A stretch of DNA of 64,000 nucleotides, from the NCBI GenBank assembly GCA_024654525.1, contig JANLHI010000002.1, positions 16,496 through 80,495 of the forward strand, read 5' to 3'. Positions within the stretch are counted from its first letter, which is position 1. Each line of letters begins with the position of its first letter. A program made the position numbers and the translations under genes. A model generated the notes under the pieces. The model did not search any database. It was not told the origin of the DNA and worked only from the letters and a program-made list of their open reading frames with translations. Positions 9,095 to 19,163 of this stretch are shown piece by piece. The DNA is from Patescibacteria group bacterium (lineage in GTDB: Bacteria > Patescibacteriota > Minisyncoccia > UBA6257 > 2-01-FULL-56-20).

Positions 9095-9814
9095 TTATTT
9101 CGTATATTCATCTTCAGCAGTAAGGCGTTTAGCGACTTTCTTATCGGATTCGATTGAACCATCCATAAGCCGGATAATGCGTTCCGCGTGTTCGGCGGTA
9201 GAGGTTTCATGGGTAATAAGTATGATTGTTTTTCCGTGTTTCTCATTAAGATTCTGAATGATCGACATAACGTTTTTTCCTGATTTTGAATCCAAATTTC
9301 CCGTCGGTTCGTCGGCAAAAATAATTTCGGGATCGTTCACTAAAGCACGCGCAATGGCGACGCGTTGTTTCTCTCCGCCAGAAAGCTCGGCAGGGCTGTG
9401 TTCCGCACGATGCGTGAGGCCAACCGATTCAACGGCATCTTGTGCACGCGTATTCCATTCGCGTTCGGGGATATTCGAATACATAAGAGGTAGTTTCACA
9501 TTTTCAAGTACCGACGTGCGAGGAAGAAGATTGAACATCTGAAATACGAATCCGATTTTTTCGTTGCGTATTTTTGCGAGTTCTTCCGAAGAATATTCCG
9601 CGATATTTTTTCCTTCAAGAAGATATTCACCGCGTGTAGGTTCATCAAGAAGTCCCAGGAGGTGCAATAACGTTGATTTTCCGCTTCCCGAGGGCCCCAT
9701 AATGGCAAGAAATTCGCCTTTCCGTACGGAAAAATTTACACCGCACAGTGCGTTAGTTTCCGTTTTTCCGTCTCGATATGACTTCGTAAGATCTTTTGCG
9801 TGAATAATATTCAT
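9095..9814 (-). CDS. ABC transporter ATP-binding protein (LolD/MacB-like)
   Basis: [32 protein letters not shown]. Confidence 0.95.
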   Translation of the reverse strand: MNIIHAKDLTKSYRDGKTETNALCGVNFSVRKGEFLAIMGPSGSGKSTLLHLLGLLDEPTRGEYLLEGKNIAEYSSEELAKIRNEKIGFVFQMFNLLPRTSVLENVKLPLMYSNIPEREWNTRAQDAVESVGLTHRAEHSPAELSGGEKQRVAIARALVNDPEIIFADEPTGNLDSKSGKNVMSIIQNLNEKHGKTIILITHETSTAEHAERIIRLMDGSIESDKKVAKRLTAEDEYTK

Positions 9815-9841
9815 TAGTGGGGATACAACGCTGCAACGTTG

Positions 9842-11404
9842 CTATTGAGAGTACGCGACGATGTTGTCACCCTCGGAGAGTCCGGAGATGATTTCAACGT
9901 TTCCTTCGGATCCGCGAAGCCCCGTGGTTATTTCGCGATCCTCAATCCCTCCATCGGAGAGTATGACACTCACAAATCTTTTCCCATTGATTTCGCGAAC
10001 GGCTCGTTGGGGAATAACAAGAACGTCCTTTTTAATTCCGATTATCAAGTTTACATTTGCGGTCATGCCGGGTTTTATACGCGCGTCTTCCTTGTCGAGC
10101 GAAAATGTCGCTTTGTAGGTGGGGACACCTTCGATAATGGTTGCCGCCGGGTCAATGCTGATGATGATTGCAGAGAATATGATGTCGTTTCCATACGCAT
10201 CAAGAGTTACCATTGCGGAGTTTCCCACTTCCATTTTCGCGATATCCACTTCGGCGACATTCGATTCTATTTGCAATGCACCGTTTGAAATAATAGAAAT
10301 AATGGACTGATTTGCAGTAACAAGTGCTCCCACTTTTGAATCCTGACGAGTCACTATTCCGTTCAGAGGACTACGCAGTACACTTTTTTCAAGCTGTATT
10401 TGTGTGGTACGCAATGCCGCATCAAGCTGGCTTACCGTTGCTTCTTGTGCGGTAATGTCTTGCGGGTCGCTTCCGGCAAGTTTTAAATCAAGCTCGCTCT
10501 TTTTTTGTGCAACGTCTATTTTTTGAGTGGCGATTGATTCCACTTCTCCATTTATGTTGGAAAGAGCGGTGTCGATACTGGTACGTCCGGTGGCAACATA
10601 TGATTTGTAAATGAGTGCGGTAGCGGGATCAAGCGAGGATGCGGCCCCAGTGACTGCTTCCATGGTTTTATCAAGAAGTCTTCGCGTGGTCATGAGATAT
10701 GCGCGACTTTTAAGAAGCATGCTTTCAAGTACCTCATTGGAAGTTGAGGAAGTGATTGACGTAAGTTCACGTCCCCATGCGGTAAGATTATCACCGGTGA
10801 TAGCGCGCAACGACGAGGCATCTGTGGTCGTTTGAGTACTGTTTGCTTCGAAGGATAATGCCGCATTTGTGTGCTCATCGTTTATAAAGAGGGGATCAAG
10901 CTGTTTGCGAACAGTGTCATCCGTTTTGGAATATGCGTCGTGGAGTACATCGGGAACACCATTAAAAATATTAGAAAGATCCTGTTCTTCTTTTTCGAGT
11001 GATGTTTGGGCAATCGTTATGTCTTCGTCGCGAGGACCTCGGTTCAAAGCCTCGAGCCTTGCGAGTGCCACAGTCTTATTCGCTTCGGCTTGGTCGACTG
11101 CCGCAGTAAGTTCTCGAGTATCGAGTGAGACGAGTATGGTTCCCCGTGCAACACGTGTCCCCACATGGGCATATATGTTTGCTACCGTACCACTTTTCTC
11201 AAATCCAAGTTCGATGTCGTCTTTCGGCCTGATTTTCCCGGTTACGATTACTTCTTGCGTGATGGAACCGCGTAACACGGTGATAGTGCGTTCCGGTGCG
11301 TTCCCTCCGCGTTGTGAAAAGAATATCCACGTGCCAGTAATAACAACAACCACCACCACCCCGATCACATATTTCCTCTTTGAACTTTCAGCGGTATATT
11401 TCAT
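9842..11404 (-). CDS. Efflux periplasmic-adaptor (MacA/HlyD-like) subunit
   Basis: N-terminal TM helix, lipoyl-like halves, long coiled coil, KPGMTANV, GLSEGD; in an operon with the ABC genes. Confidence 0.88.
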   Translation of the reverse strand: MKYTAESSKRKYVIGVVVVVVITGTWIFFSQRGGNAPERTITVLRGSITQEVIVTGKIRPKDDIELGFEKSGTVANIYAHVGTRVARGTILVSLDTRELTAAVDQAEANKTVALARLEALNRGPRDEDITIAQTSLEKEEQDLSNIFNGVPDVLHDAYSKTDDTVRKQLDPLFINDEHTNAALSFEANSTQTTTDASSLRAITGDNLTAWGRELTSITSSTSNEVLESMLLKSRAYLMTTRRLLDKTMEAVTGAASSLDPATALIYKSYVATGRTSIDTALSNINGEVESIATQKIDVAQKKSELDLKLAGSDPQDITAQEATVSQLDAALRTTQIQLEKSVLRSPLNGIVTRQDSKVGALVTANQSIISIISNGALQIESNVAEVDIAKMEVGNSAMVTLDAYGNDIIFSAIIISIDPAATIIEGVPTYKATFSLDKEDARIKPGMTANVNLIIGIKKDVLVIPQRAVREINGKRFVSVILSDGGIEDREITTGLRGSEGNVEIISGLSEGDNIVAYSQ

Positions 11405-11572
11405 GATATGCTTGAATTTAATCGATTGTTTGGATAATATATCATTGTTGTATCTTTGTGAAATTGCCTTCTGGCGCTTTCCGGGAGTATATTCATAAAG
11501 AGATGTTATATTTTGAGCAGGTGTCCCTCATCTCCTTCAGAGGATAAACTCCACGGCAATCGCAGTTCATTA

Positions 11573-11598
11573 TATGCGCGAGTGGCGAAACGGCAGAC
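11573..11598 (+). repeat. Duplicate of the tRNA-Leu 5' end
   Basis: tatgcgcgagtggcgaaacggcagac versus tatgcgcgggtggcgaaacggcagac at 11744-11769 (1 mismatch). Confidence 0.9.
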
Positions 11599-11604
11599 CT
11601 GCCT

Positions 11605-11781
11605 GCCGGCAGAGAGCGGACAACTCGTTCCTATCGACCGTTTCGCCTTATCTGCACTGAGAAGTTTGGGACTCGTAGTGATGCGCGAGTTCGGGAGAAG
11701 TACTTGAAATCCGGTATAGGAAAGGAGTATATTAAGGCAATACTATGCGCGGGTGGCGAAACGGCAGACGCACTACCTTGA
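11605..11781 (+). pseudogene. C-terminal fragment of a small GIY-YIG nuclease
   Basis: Frame from 11605 reads AGRERTTRSYRPFRLICTEKFGTRSDARVREKYLKSGIGKEYIK; no start codon or GIY/YIG half; stop lies inside the tRNA. Confidence 0.75.
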
Positions 11782-11829
11782 GGTGGTAGCGCCCGCAAGG
11801 GCGTGCAGGTTCAACTCCTGTCCCGCGCA
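11747..11829 (+). tRNA. tRNA-Leu(GAG)
   Basis: Acceptor gcgcggg/cccgcgc, anticodon arm ctacc-ttGAGgt-ggtag, long variable arm, T-loop ttcaact; CCA not fully encoded. Confidence 0.96.
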
Positions 11830-11954
11830 CAATCTGGCTCTCAAAAAGCCGAAATGTTTTGCCTTAGTGTATTTATACAACCAAGTTCGCACCTATTTCC
11901 AAAACAAATAATGTCGCAATTGAGAATTTATTATAATAATGCCATCATGATTTT

Positions 11955-13268
11955 TTGAACCAAAAAGGATTTGCAAACATAGTAATGCTTATTGTCGCAG
12001 CCCTCGCTATCGCCGGAGTAGGCGGTTATTTCGTTTTGAATCGGCAGGCGCCATTACCGGAACCTACGCCGACACCAACACCGAATCCAATTGAAAATCC
12101 TAGTCCGACCCCAACTCCTATTCAAATTCCCAAACAGCCTGCTCAATTCCAAAATCCTAAAAATATTCCGCAAGCTCATAATACTTTCGGATTTAATTCC
12201 ATCAAGATACTTGTCAAAGAAGAAGGAAATAAAAATGTTTTTATTTCGCCTTCCAGCATCGCTTTGGCGCTGTCTATGGTCTATAACGGCGCAAATGGAG
12301 AGACAAAAAATGCCATGCAGAAAACTTTACAATTTCAAAATTTGGACATCGCTACTGTCAATCAAGAAAGTTTAGGACTTATCAACAGCTTAAAAAATCC
12401 TGATCCGAAAGTAGAACTTTCGGTGGTAAATTCAGTATGGGCAAGAAATGGTGTAGATTTTAAGAAAGATTTTCTAAGTGCGGTTGGAAGTTATTTTAAC
12501 GCCGAGATTTCAACTCTTGATTTTTCCAACTCAAATGCGGCAAACACAATAAACGCTTGGGTTGATAAAAATACTAAAGGAAAAATACCCACCATAGTAA
12601 CTCCTCCTATTCCGTCAGATATGGTGATGTATCTTATCAACGCGGTTTATTTTAAGGGAAGCTGGACTACTGAATTTGATAAGAAATTAACAGAAGACAG
12701 AAATTTTACTACTGCTGATGGTGTTTCTAAAAAACATCCGCTTATGCGACAGTATGGTGATTTGCCATATCTTGAAATGGAGGATTTCCAAAGCGTGAAT
12801 CTTCCATATGGTACAAACAAGCGATTAAGTATGTATGTATTTTTGCCAAAAAATCTCAATAGTTTTGTTCAAACTTTGGATACGAATAAATGGAATGATT
12901 GGATGAAACAATATAAAGAAACAGAAGGCACTATATTGCTTCCGAGATTTAAAATGGAATACGAAAAGGGATTGATACCGATGCTGACACAGCTAGGTAT
13001 GGGAGTTGCATTTCAAGATAACGCTGACTTGACTGGCATTGGTGATAGTCTAAAAATCAGCGAGGTCAAACATAAAACCTATGTTGATGTAAATGAAGAA
13101 GGGACGGAAGCCGCCGCGGTAACAAATGTGGGTGTAGGCACTACATCAGTTATGCCGGCGCAAAAAACATTCTACATGGAAGTCAACCGTCCTTTCTTCT
13201 TTGTGATTAGAGACAATCAAACCCAAGAGGTATTGTTCATGGGAACAATACAAAATCCTTCTAAATAG
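11955..13268 (+). CDS. Membrane-anchored serpin (serine protease inhibitor)
   Basis: NVFISPSSI, INAVYFKGSW, EEGTEAAAVT hinge, NRPFFFVIRD; N-terminal TM helix and Pro/Thr linker; TTG start uncertain. Confidence 0.93.
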   Translation: MNQKGFANIVMLIVAALAIAGVGGYFVLNRQAPLPEPTPTPTPNPIENPSPTPTPIQIPKQPAQFQNPKNIPQAHNTFGFNSIKILVKEEGNKNVFISPSSIALALSMVYNGANGETKNAMQKTLQFQNLDIATVNQESLGLINSLKNPDPKVELSVVNSVWARNGVDFKKDFLSAVGSYFNAEISTLDFSNSNAANTINAWVDKNTKGKIPTIVTPPIPSDMVMYLINAVYFKGSWTTEFDKKLTEDRNFTTADGVSKKHPLMRQYGDLPYLEMEDFQSVNLPYGTNKRLSMYVFLPKNLNSFVQTLDTNKWNDWMKQYKETEGTILLPRFKMEYEKGLIPMLTQLGMGVAFQDNADLTGIGDSLKISEVKHKTYVDVNEEGTEAAAVTNVGVGTTSVMPAQKTFYMEVNRPFFFVIRDNQTQEVLFMGTIQNPSK

Positions 13269-13307
13269 GAATAACCGCCCATTTTTTTGAAAGAAACAGA
13301 AGCGAAT

Positions 13308-13407
13308 CCCGCCCGCTTGCGTGGCTAAAGCCACTTCAGCGAGGCGCTGGCGGGCTTTCTCGGAGCGTGCGACTTAGTTTCGCTTCACCACGCGCTCCGC
13401 GCGTGGT
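13308..13407. repeat. Cluster of GC-rich REP-like palindromes
   Basis: cccgcc...gtggctaaagccac...ggcggg and accacgcgctccgcgcgtggt. Confidence 0.6.
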
Positions 13408-13430
13408 AGCTTGAATTATATAATAGCAAC

Positions 13431-14765
13431 ATGTTCAATTCACTTGTTTTTTATCTTGCAATTTATATCGGTTTACTCTTTCTACTCTCTTGGTTTGTTT
13501 CTAGAAAACAACAGGAGGAAGATTTTCTCATTGCGGGAAGAAATAGGAGTGGCTGGCAAATTCTCCTCTCCAAGTTCGCCGCTTCAATCGGTGCGGGTTA
13601 TTTCATAACTTATACAGGTTTCGCATACGAATACGGTGTCGGGGTTTTTGCTATGCTCGCTGGTCTTATCGCCGGTTTTTTATTCTTTGCGTATTGGGCT
13701 GCACCAAGAATTGCGGCTGGTTCACGAGAAGGAAAATTTTATACAATCGGGCATTTTGTGTATAGCAAATTCCAAAATAACAAAGCACGCTTTCTCGCCG
13801 ATATCTTTTCCAGCGCAATCTTGTTTAGTTGGTTATTAGTTGGGATTATTGGTAGTGGAAAAGTTATTGCCGATTTCGGTTTGCTTTCATACAACCTCGC
13901 CGTTGTTGCAACAAGCTTAGTGGTGCTTTGTTATTTACTGCTCGCCGGATATCGTGCGGTTCTTCTGACTGATATAGTGCAATCTGCCGTCATTTTTATT
14001 TTGATGATTGTGGTTACTTTTGGCATAATTGGTACTTCTCGCTTTGGAGAGTTACATTCTTTTTCTACGGCTAATCTTGATATTGGTGTTGCAATAGGGT
14101 TTTTCCTATTTGGCATTTTGAGCGTATTTTCTTACTCGGATCGATATCAACTTTCATATGCCGCCAAGAGCGAAAGAGGGTTAAAACACGGGCTCGGATT
14201 ATCTATCGTTCCAATTATTCTCATCGCGTATTTCCTGCTTCTGATAGGTGTGTTCATGGCTACCAAAGTTTCTGGTTTGGATTCGGGGCTTGTGTTCACG
14301 GAGGCGCTAAAGCAATTTCTCAATCCATCGTTAGTGCCGCTTGCCGTAGTGCTGTTTTTTGCGGGCATAATGAGTTCAGCCGATACTGATATTTACGCGA
14401 TTTCTTCTCACTATGCATTGTCAAAAACAAATAACACTAACTATATTAAAGATGTCCGGAGAGCGATGATTGGTTTAACGATTATTGTCACAATCCTCGC
14501 AATAACATTTCCTGATGTGGTGAAAGCTTCTATTGTTGCCGGAGCAGCATCGCTCCTGCTGTCATGGGCAATGATATATGTAATATCTGGCGGAAAAAAT
14601 CCAAATAGATTTATCGGATCGATTGTTACCTCAACAATAGGATTGGCACTTGCTATCATGTATTTTGGATTAGAACCAACGGTAGCGATTGCCATAGTAG
14701 TATTTGGTCCATTGGGACTACTGTACAAGGGACGCAAAAATAAATCAGAACTTATCGTAAGTTAG
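13431..14765 (+). CDS. Sodium:solute symporter family protein
   Basis: EDFLIAGR, AVLLTDIVQ, AGIMSSADT; many TM helices. Confidence 0.9.
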   Translation: MFNSLVFYLAIYIGLLFLLSWFVSRKQQEEDFLIAGRNRSGWQILLSKFAASIGAGYFITYTGFAYEYGVGVFAMLAGLIAGFLFFAYWAAPRIAAGSREGKFYTIGHFVYSKFQNNKARFLADIFSSAILFSWLLVGIIGSGKVIADFGLLSYNLAVVATSLVVLCYLLLAGYRAVLLTDIVQSAVIFILMIVVTFGIIGTSRFGELHSFSTANLDIGVAIGFFLFGILSVFSYSDRYQLSYAAKSERGLKHGLGLSIVPIILIAYFLLLIGVFMATKVSGLDSGLVFTEALKQFLNPSLVPLAVVLFFAGIMSSADTDIYAISSHYALSKTNNTNYIKDVRRAMIGLTIIVTILAITFPDVVKASIVAGAASLLLSWAMIYVISGGKNPNRFIGSIVTSTIGLALAIMYFGLEPTVAIAIVVFGPLGLLYKGRKNKSELIVS

Positions 14766-14812
14766 TTGTTATACGTACTCTCTTCAGATTCGCGGCGGAG
14801 GCGGTGGATGTA

Positions 14813-14846
14813 ACAAAAAATCACCGACGGATCGGTGATTTTTTGT
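14813..14846. terminator. Bidirectional terminator
   Basis: acaaaaaatcaccga-cgga-tcggtgattttttgt between convergent genes. Confidence 0.85.
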
Positions 14847-14863
14847 CGCGCTTTCCGAATCAA

Positions 14864-15571
14864 TTATTGATTGGTGCGGAAAAAACTTGGCCATACCATA
14901 CTCATGTTTCCTGCACTATCAACACCTCGGACGAGGTAGTAATAGGTAGTATTTGATTGAAGGTTTGAAACCATAACTGCGTGGTTGGTTTGAAAGCCAC
15001 CCGCATCAATTGCAAGTGTTCCGCTTACATATGGCTGTTGATGAGGCCCTGTCGCCTCACTGAACTGGAGAGGTGTGTTACTCCAGTAGACTTGACCTTG
15101 TGTCGGTTCGTTGCTTGCCCATGTGAAGGTTGCACTTGTATTTGTGTGCTGAACCATAGGATTGCTCAAGCTTGGTGAAGTATCCCACCATACCTGACTT
15201 CCTCCTCCAGAGCCAAGCAAGCTATTGATTCTTGCCATCGTCTGTGGCCCAACACGGCCATACCCGGTTGTCTCTGGCGTTCCTTGGGAAACAATTCCCT
15301 GCGTTGCCTGGAATCTTTCTACTGCCGCTTTGGTAAGCTGACCGAAATATCCAGTAACCAAACCTTCAGGATAGATACTCGTGTTTGTCGCGAGGTATGT
15401 CTGAAGTTCAGTAACTTCTAAGTTGCTATCACCAAAATCCAAATGGCTGGTAATGGCGGCATAAGCACTCTGAGTTCCGAGGAGCGAGAAGGTAAGTATT
15501 GCAATCATCGTTCCACTAAAGAGAAGCCCTATGCGTGACGAGTTTCTTTGTAAATTTATTATTTTGTTCAT
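14864..15571 (-). CDS. Secreted peptidoglycan-binding protein with C-terminal fibronectin-III-like domain
   Basis: VTELQTYL...TGYFGQLTKAAVERFQ...GRVGPQT; LQSNTTYYYLVRGVDSAGN. Confidence 0.82.
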   Translation of the reverse strand: MNKIINLQRNSSRIGLLFSGTMIAILTFSLLGTQSAYAAITSHLDFGDSNLEVTELQTYLATNTSIYPEGLVTGYFGQLTKAAVERFQATQGIVSQGTPETTGYGRVGPQTMARINSLLGSGGGSQVWWDTSPSLSNPMVQHTNTSATFTWASNEPTQGQVYWSNTPLQFSEATGPHQQPYVSGTLAIDAGGFQTNHAVMVSNLQSNTTYYYLVRGVDSAGNMSMVWPSFFRTNQ

Positions 15572-15707
15572 ATGATTTTTGTTTAGACTAATTTTAGAGA
15601 TTATTGAGACTTTTCACACAATCGACCTTTTATGTTTAATCTCCATACATGATGCCGTTTCCGAACCGTTACTATTACCATTACAGACATCATTACAGTG
15701 ACCTATC

Positions 15708-16289
15708 TTATGAGCTTTGCGTCCTATTTTTGAGTCCGCCCACCATTTCCTCTAATCTTTTAATATAGACTTCTAGTTTTTCTATGCGCTCTCCTGTTTT
15801 TATTTCAAACTGTTTTGTATGGTGAGCAAGCATTTCGGCAACGCCCATAATTTCCGTAACATCTTCGATGGCAAGAAGTATGATTGGCGGGAAAGCAGCA
15901 TCCTCCTTCACATGAATTTGGCGGGCGTTTAAAATCATGGTCTTGTGTCCGATTGAAGGAAAATCATGAGCAACTTCAAATCCTTTGAAAAAAGTGTTTT
16001 TAGGCAGAATATCCTCGAGTAATTTTCGTAGCGCGGGAATATCCCATTGGCCGTTTCCCAGTGCATACACAATTTGTTGTTCTGTATCTTTTGGGTCAAC
16101 CTGAAACACTCGATAGAAAGACTCGTTAGCCGCCATTACGCGAAAATTCTTATCTAAGATAAGGACGGGTTCACGAACAACGTCTACCACGGTCTTAATG
16201 TATGTCCAGCTTTTTTCCCAAAAATGATTTACAAAATCATCTCCGATCGCGATACGTGCCTGTTCCGCAACTTTTTTATTTTTTTCCAT
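15708..16289 (-). CDS. PAS-domain protein
   Basis: VREPVLILDKNFRVMAANESFY...LGNGQWDIPALRKLLEDIL...MILNARQI. Confidence 0.8.
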   Translation of the reverse strand: MEKNKKVAEQARIAIGDDFVNHFWEKSWTYIKTVVDVVREPVLILDKNFRVMAANESFYRVFQVDPKDTEQQIVYALGNGQWDIPALRKLLEDILPKNTFFKGFEVAHDFPSIGHKTMILNARQIHVKEDAAFPPIILLAIEDVTEIMGVAEMLAHHTKQFEIKTGERIEKLEVYIKRLEEMVGGLKNRTQSS

Positions 16290-16346
16290 ATAACGAATGC
16301 CGATAGAAATCCTTTCTTATTACAAGAACTCGCTATAATACGTAGA

Positions 16347-16887
16347 ATGAACGGCTCTATGCTCGGCTTAACTTGTCTGATGACTCCGAAGTAAAAAACA
16401 GAGCAAGAGGGGATTTTGACCGTAGCACACCACGACTATGAGAAAAGAATGAATTCGTATGCTTTTTTCAAGGTAAATAATCACGCAACTGGTCAAGATT
16501 TGGTGCAAGATACCTTCATAAAAACCTGGGACTATCTTGTCAGGGGGGGGAGATCGATTTGATGAAGCCCTTTTTATATCACGTCCTGAATCACCTGATT
16601 ATTAATACCGCAAGCACAAAACTTCTTCCCTCGATGTCCTTCTAGAAAAAGGGTTTGAACCAAGTCTCGACACTTCCGAACGTGTTTTTAATGTCTTTGA
16701 CGGTAAGGATGCGCTACTCCTCATTAAATATTTTCCGGCAAAATAGGAGAAAGTGATGCGTATGAGGCATGCGCAGGATCTCTCACTTAAAGAAATATCG
16801 CTTATTACGGGGCAATCGAGAAATGCTGTCGCCGTGCAAGCATATCGGGGTCTTGTAAAACTTAAAATATTACATAACCGTACCTAG
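16347..16887 (+). pseudogene. ECF sigma-70 factor pseudogene
   Basis: GQDLVQDTFIKTW (region 2), YRK, LSLKEISLITGQSRNAVAVQAYRGLVKLK (region 4); two in-frame stops and two frameshifts. Confidence 0.85.
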
Positions 16888-17006
16888 AAATGTTTTTGAC
16901 AATCATAATCGAGGTAAAAGGTTCCCGATATCTTTTTTTGCCACAAAATTAAAACCAGTTCGTCCATATCTCCGCAGTAAAGCTGTCGGAGAATTTTTCG
17001 GATAGA

Positions 17007-18377
17007 TTAAATTCTTGCCAATCTTTTTTCTTTGAAAATTGGGACAACGTAAGCAATGATGGAAATAAGAAGTCCTGGAATAAATGCAAAGTTCACATTG
17101 ATTGGCAAAACAATCAGAGTCGCCAAGAAGCCAAGCAATATGCTCCAATAAGCAGATTTTTCGTTTTTAACTTTCCAAACTAATCCACCCAACAATGCGG
17201 GAGCAAAAATTATTAGAACTTGAACTGATACTATCGCAAGGGTTACAATGTCTTGCACAAAATAGGCGATAGCAAGCCCGACAAGTCCAAAAAGTGAGGC
17301 TGAAATTTTCCCGACCCTTAACACTTCTTCCTCTGAAGCATTTTTGTATTTTGCGAGGAAAAAATCCTTAGTAATAGTGGCGGAACCAACCATAATCCCA
17401 GTATCCACAGTAGACATAATAATCGCCAAAACGCTTGCAAGCCCCAAACCAAGCAGTCCGGACGGAAGAATTTCCGCCATCAATGCAAACATCGCGCCAT
17501 CAGCGTCGGCATTTGGCACAATATGGTAAGCAAGTAATCCAACCAGAATAGCCGCACCAATCACTCCAACTTTTAGTATGCCCGACCAGTAAAAAGCAAT
17601 TTTTGCGGTTCTTTCGTCAGTAGCGGCAAATACTCGTTGCCATGCATCGACTGATGTTAGGATTAATGGGAATCCAAGCAAAACGCCCGCCCAGAAAAAT
17701 ATCGGTCCATTGTAGTTATATAGATTAAAAAATCCTTCAGGGAGAATAAGAAGTTCTTTAATTCCCACCAAAGCAAAACCTTTTATGAAAAGAAAGATAA
17801 AAACAGGAAACATCACAAAAAATTGAAGCGCGTCCGTATAAAAATCTCCCTTTACGCCCGCGAGAGCGGTATACAAAATAGTTATGAGAGCGACTATTAA
17901 GAGAGCGGGCGTAAAAGATAAATTCGTCGTAACATTTATCAATTGAGCGAAAGCTACAAACTGAATTCCTGTTCCAAAAAAATATGCAATTAAAACAACT
18001 AGCCGACCGATTTTTCTTGCTCTATCCGAATATTGGTAAGCAAGATAATCTCCAAATGTATATGCTTTTTGTTCGTCGCCAAATTTTTTTATTCTTGGGG
18101 CAAGGTAGCCCATCAAGGCCCAACCCAAAGCCGAAGCAATCATAAAAAGTACTCCGAAAGAAATCCCTGTTTGAAAACTGGCACTTGCGACGCCAAGCAC
18201 CGTCCCCGCACCGACGCTTGTGGATAACGCGGTAAAAATTAAAAAGAAAAGTGTGGTGTTTCTATTGTTCACAAAATATCCTTCCGCTCCTTCTTTTTTG
18301 CTTAAATAAAAACCCAAGCCGAGAACGACCAACATATAAATAACGAGGACAAAAATATCAAGGGTTGATATATTCAT
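17007..18377 (-). CDS. Sodium:solute symporter family protein
   Basis: TALSTSVGAG, DFYTDALQ, WQRVFAA, AIIMSTVDT. Confidence 0.9.
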   Translation of the reverse strand: MNISTLDIFVLVIYMLVVLGLGFYLSKKEGAEGYFVNNRNTTLFFLIFTALSTSVGAGTVLGVASASFQTGISFGVLFMIASALGWALMGYLAPRIKKFGDEQKAYTFGDYLAYQYSDRARKIGRLVVLIAYFFGTGIQFVAFAQLINVTTNLSFTPALLIVALITILYTALAGVKGDFYTDALQFFVMFPVFIFLFIKGFALVGIKELLILPEGFFNLYNYNGPIFFWAGVLLGFPLILTSVDAWQRVFAATDERTAKIAFYWSGILKVGVIGAAILVGLLAYHIVPNADADGAMFALMAEILPSGLLGLGLASVLAIIMSTVDTGIMVGSATITKDFFLAKYKNASEEEVLRVGKISASLFGLVGLAIAYFVQDIVTLAIVSVQVLIIFAPALLGGLVWKVKNEKSAYWSILLGFLATLIVLPINVNFAFIPGLLISIIAYVVPIFKEKRLARI

Positions 18378-18752
18378 AAAATGATAATGGCATGTTTATA
18401 AAATAAATTCTACTGGCCACTGATTTTTTAAAAGCGAGAATGGCTCGGCAGAAAGATTCGCTATGAGAAAAATTCGCAGAAAATGAAAGGAATTTTTTTA
18501 GGGGGCGCGTGAAGCATTAATCTATTTTGAAAATAGTGCGAGTTTGGTAAAATAAAAACACCAAAACAGAACTCGCGCGCCGTGTGGCGCGTTTTTTGTG
18601 TATATGCCTTGGATTTTTTCAATAGTTGCAAATCAAATACGGATTGCTTTTTATATTACAGTGTTGTGTAATATAACCGTCATCGGGGACTCCGGTGATT
18701 CTTGTTGCGGGTGCGCGACAAGAGGGGATTAACAATTGAAAATTGTGAGACT

Positions 18753-18974
18753 ATGAAAAAAGAATGCATTCACACAGAGAGGGATAGGACGATGGCATGG
18801 GATGCGGCGCTGTTTATCATTGGAGTAGTGGGAATTGCGCCTATCGTTGTGGTTACCAAATCTTTTCTGGGAGCAATCATCTGGATGATGGCTCTTTGGG
18901 TTTTCCGCTCATGGGCGTTACGAAAAGAAAAGACAACCTGGAAGTGGCTCACTCGCGGTTATAAGGGCAAATAG
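18753..18974 (+). CDS. Small hypothetical membrane protein
   Basis: Two hydrophobic segments; ATG at 18753. Confidence 0.5.
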   Translation: MKKECIHTERDRTMAWDAALFIIGVVGIAPIVVVTKSFLGAIIWMMALWVFRSWALRKEKTTWKWLTRGYKGK

Positions 18975-19163
18975 GAGTGACAAATTTTAAAAGGAGGTGG
19001 CTGGACATTCGCGTTCAACCACCTTTTCCTATTTTAAATCCTCTCCATTTTTCCTTAAAAGAATGGTGCTACATATGTGATGAGTAAAACTAAAAATCCG
19101 AGAGCAAATGCTGATTTTATATTAATTAATAGCGCAATCATGTTCTTTTGCTACCATATACAA

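Noticed and set aside
7936..11498. Long plus-strand ORFs opposite the ABC exporter operon
   Set aside because: Antisense shadows of well-supported genes, with no motifs
11513..11707. 64-aa ORF in the track; upstream tRNA-like segment as a second tRNA
   Set aside because: The meaningful frame is the GIY-YIG fragment; the tRNA-like segment stops after the D-arm
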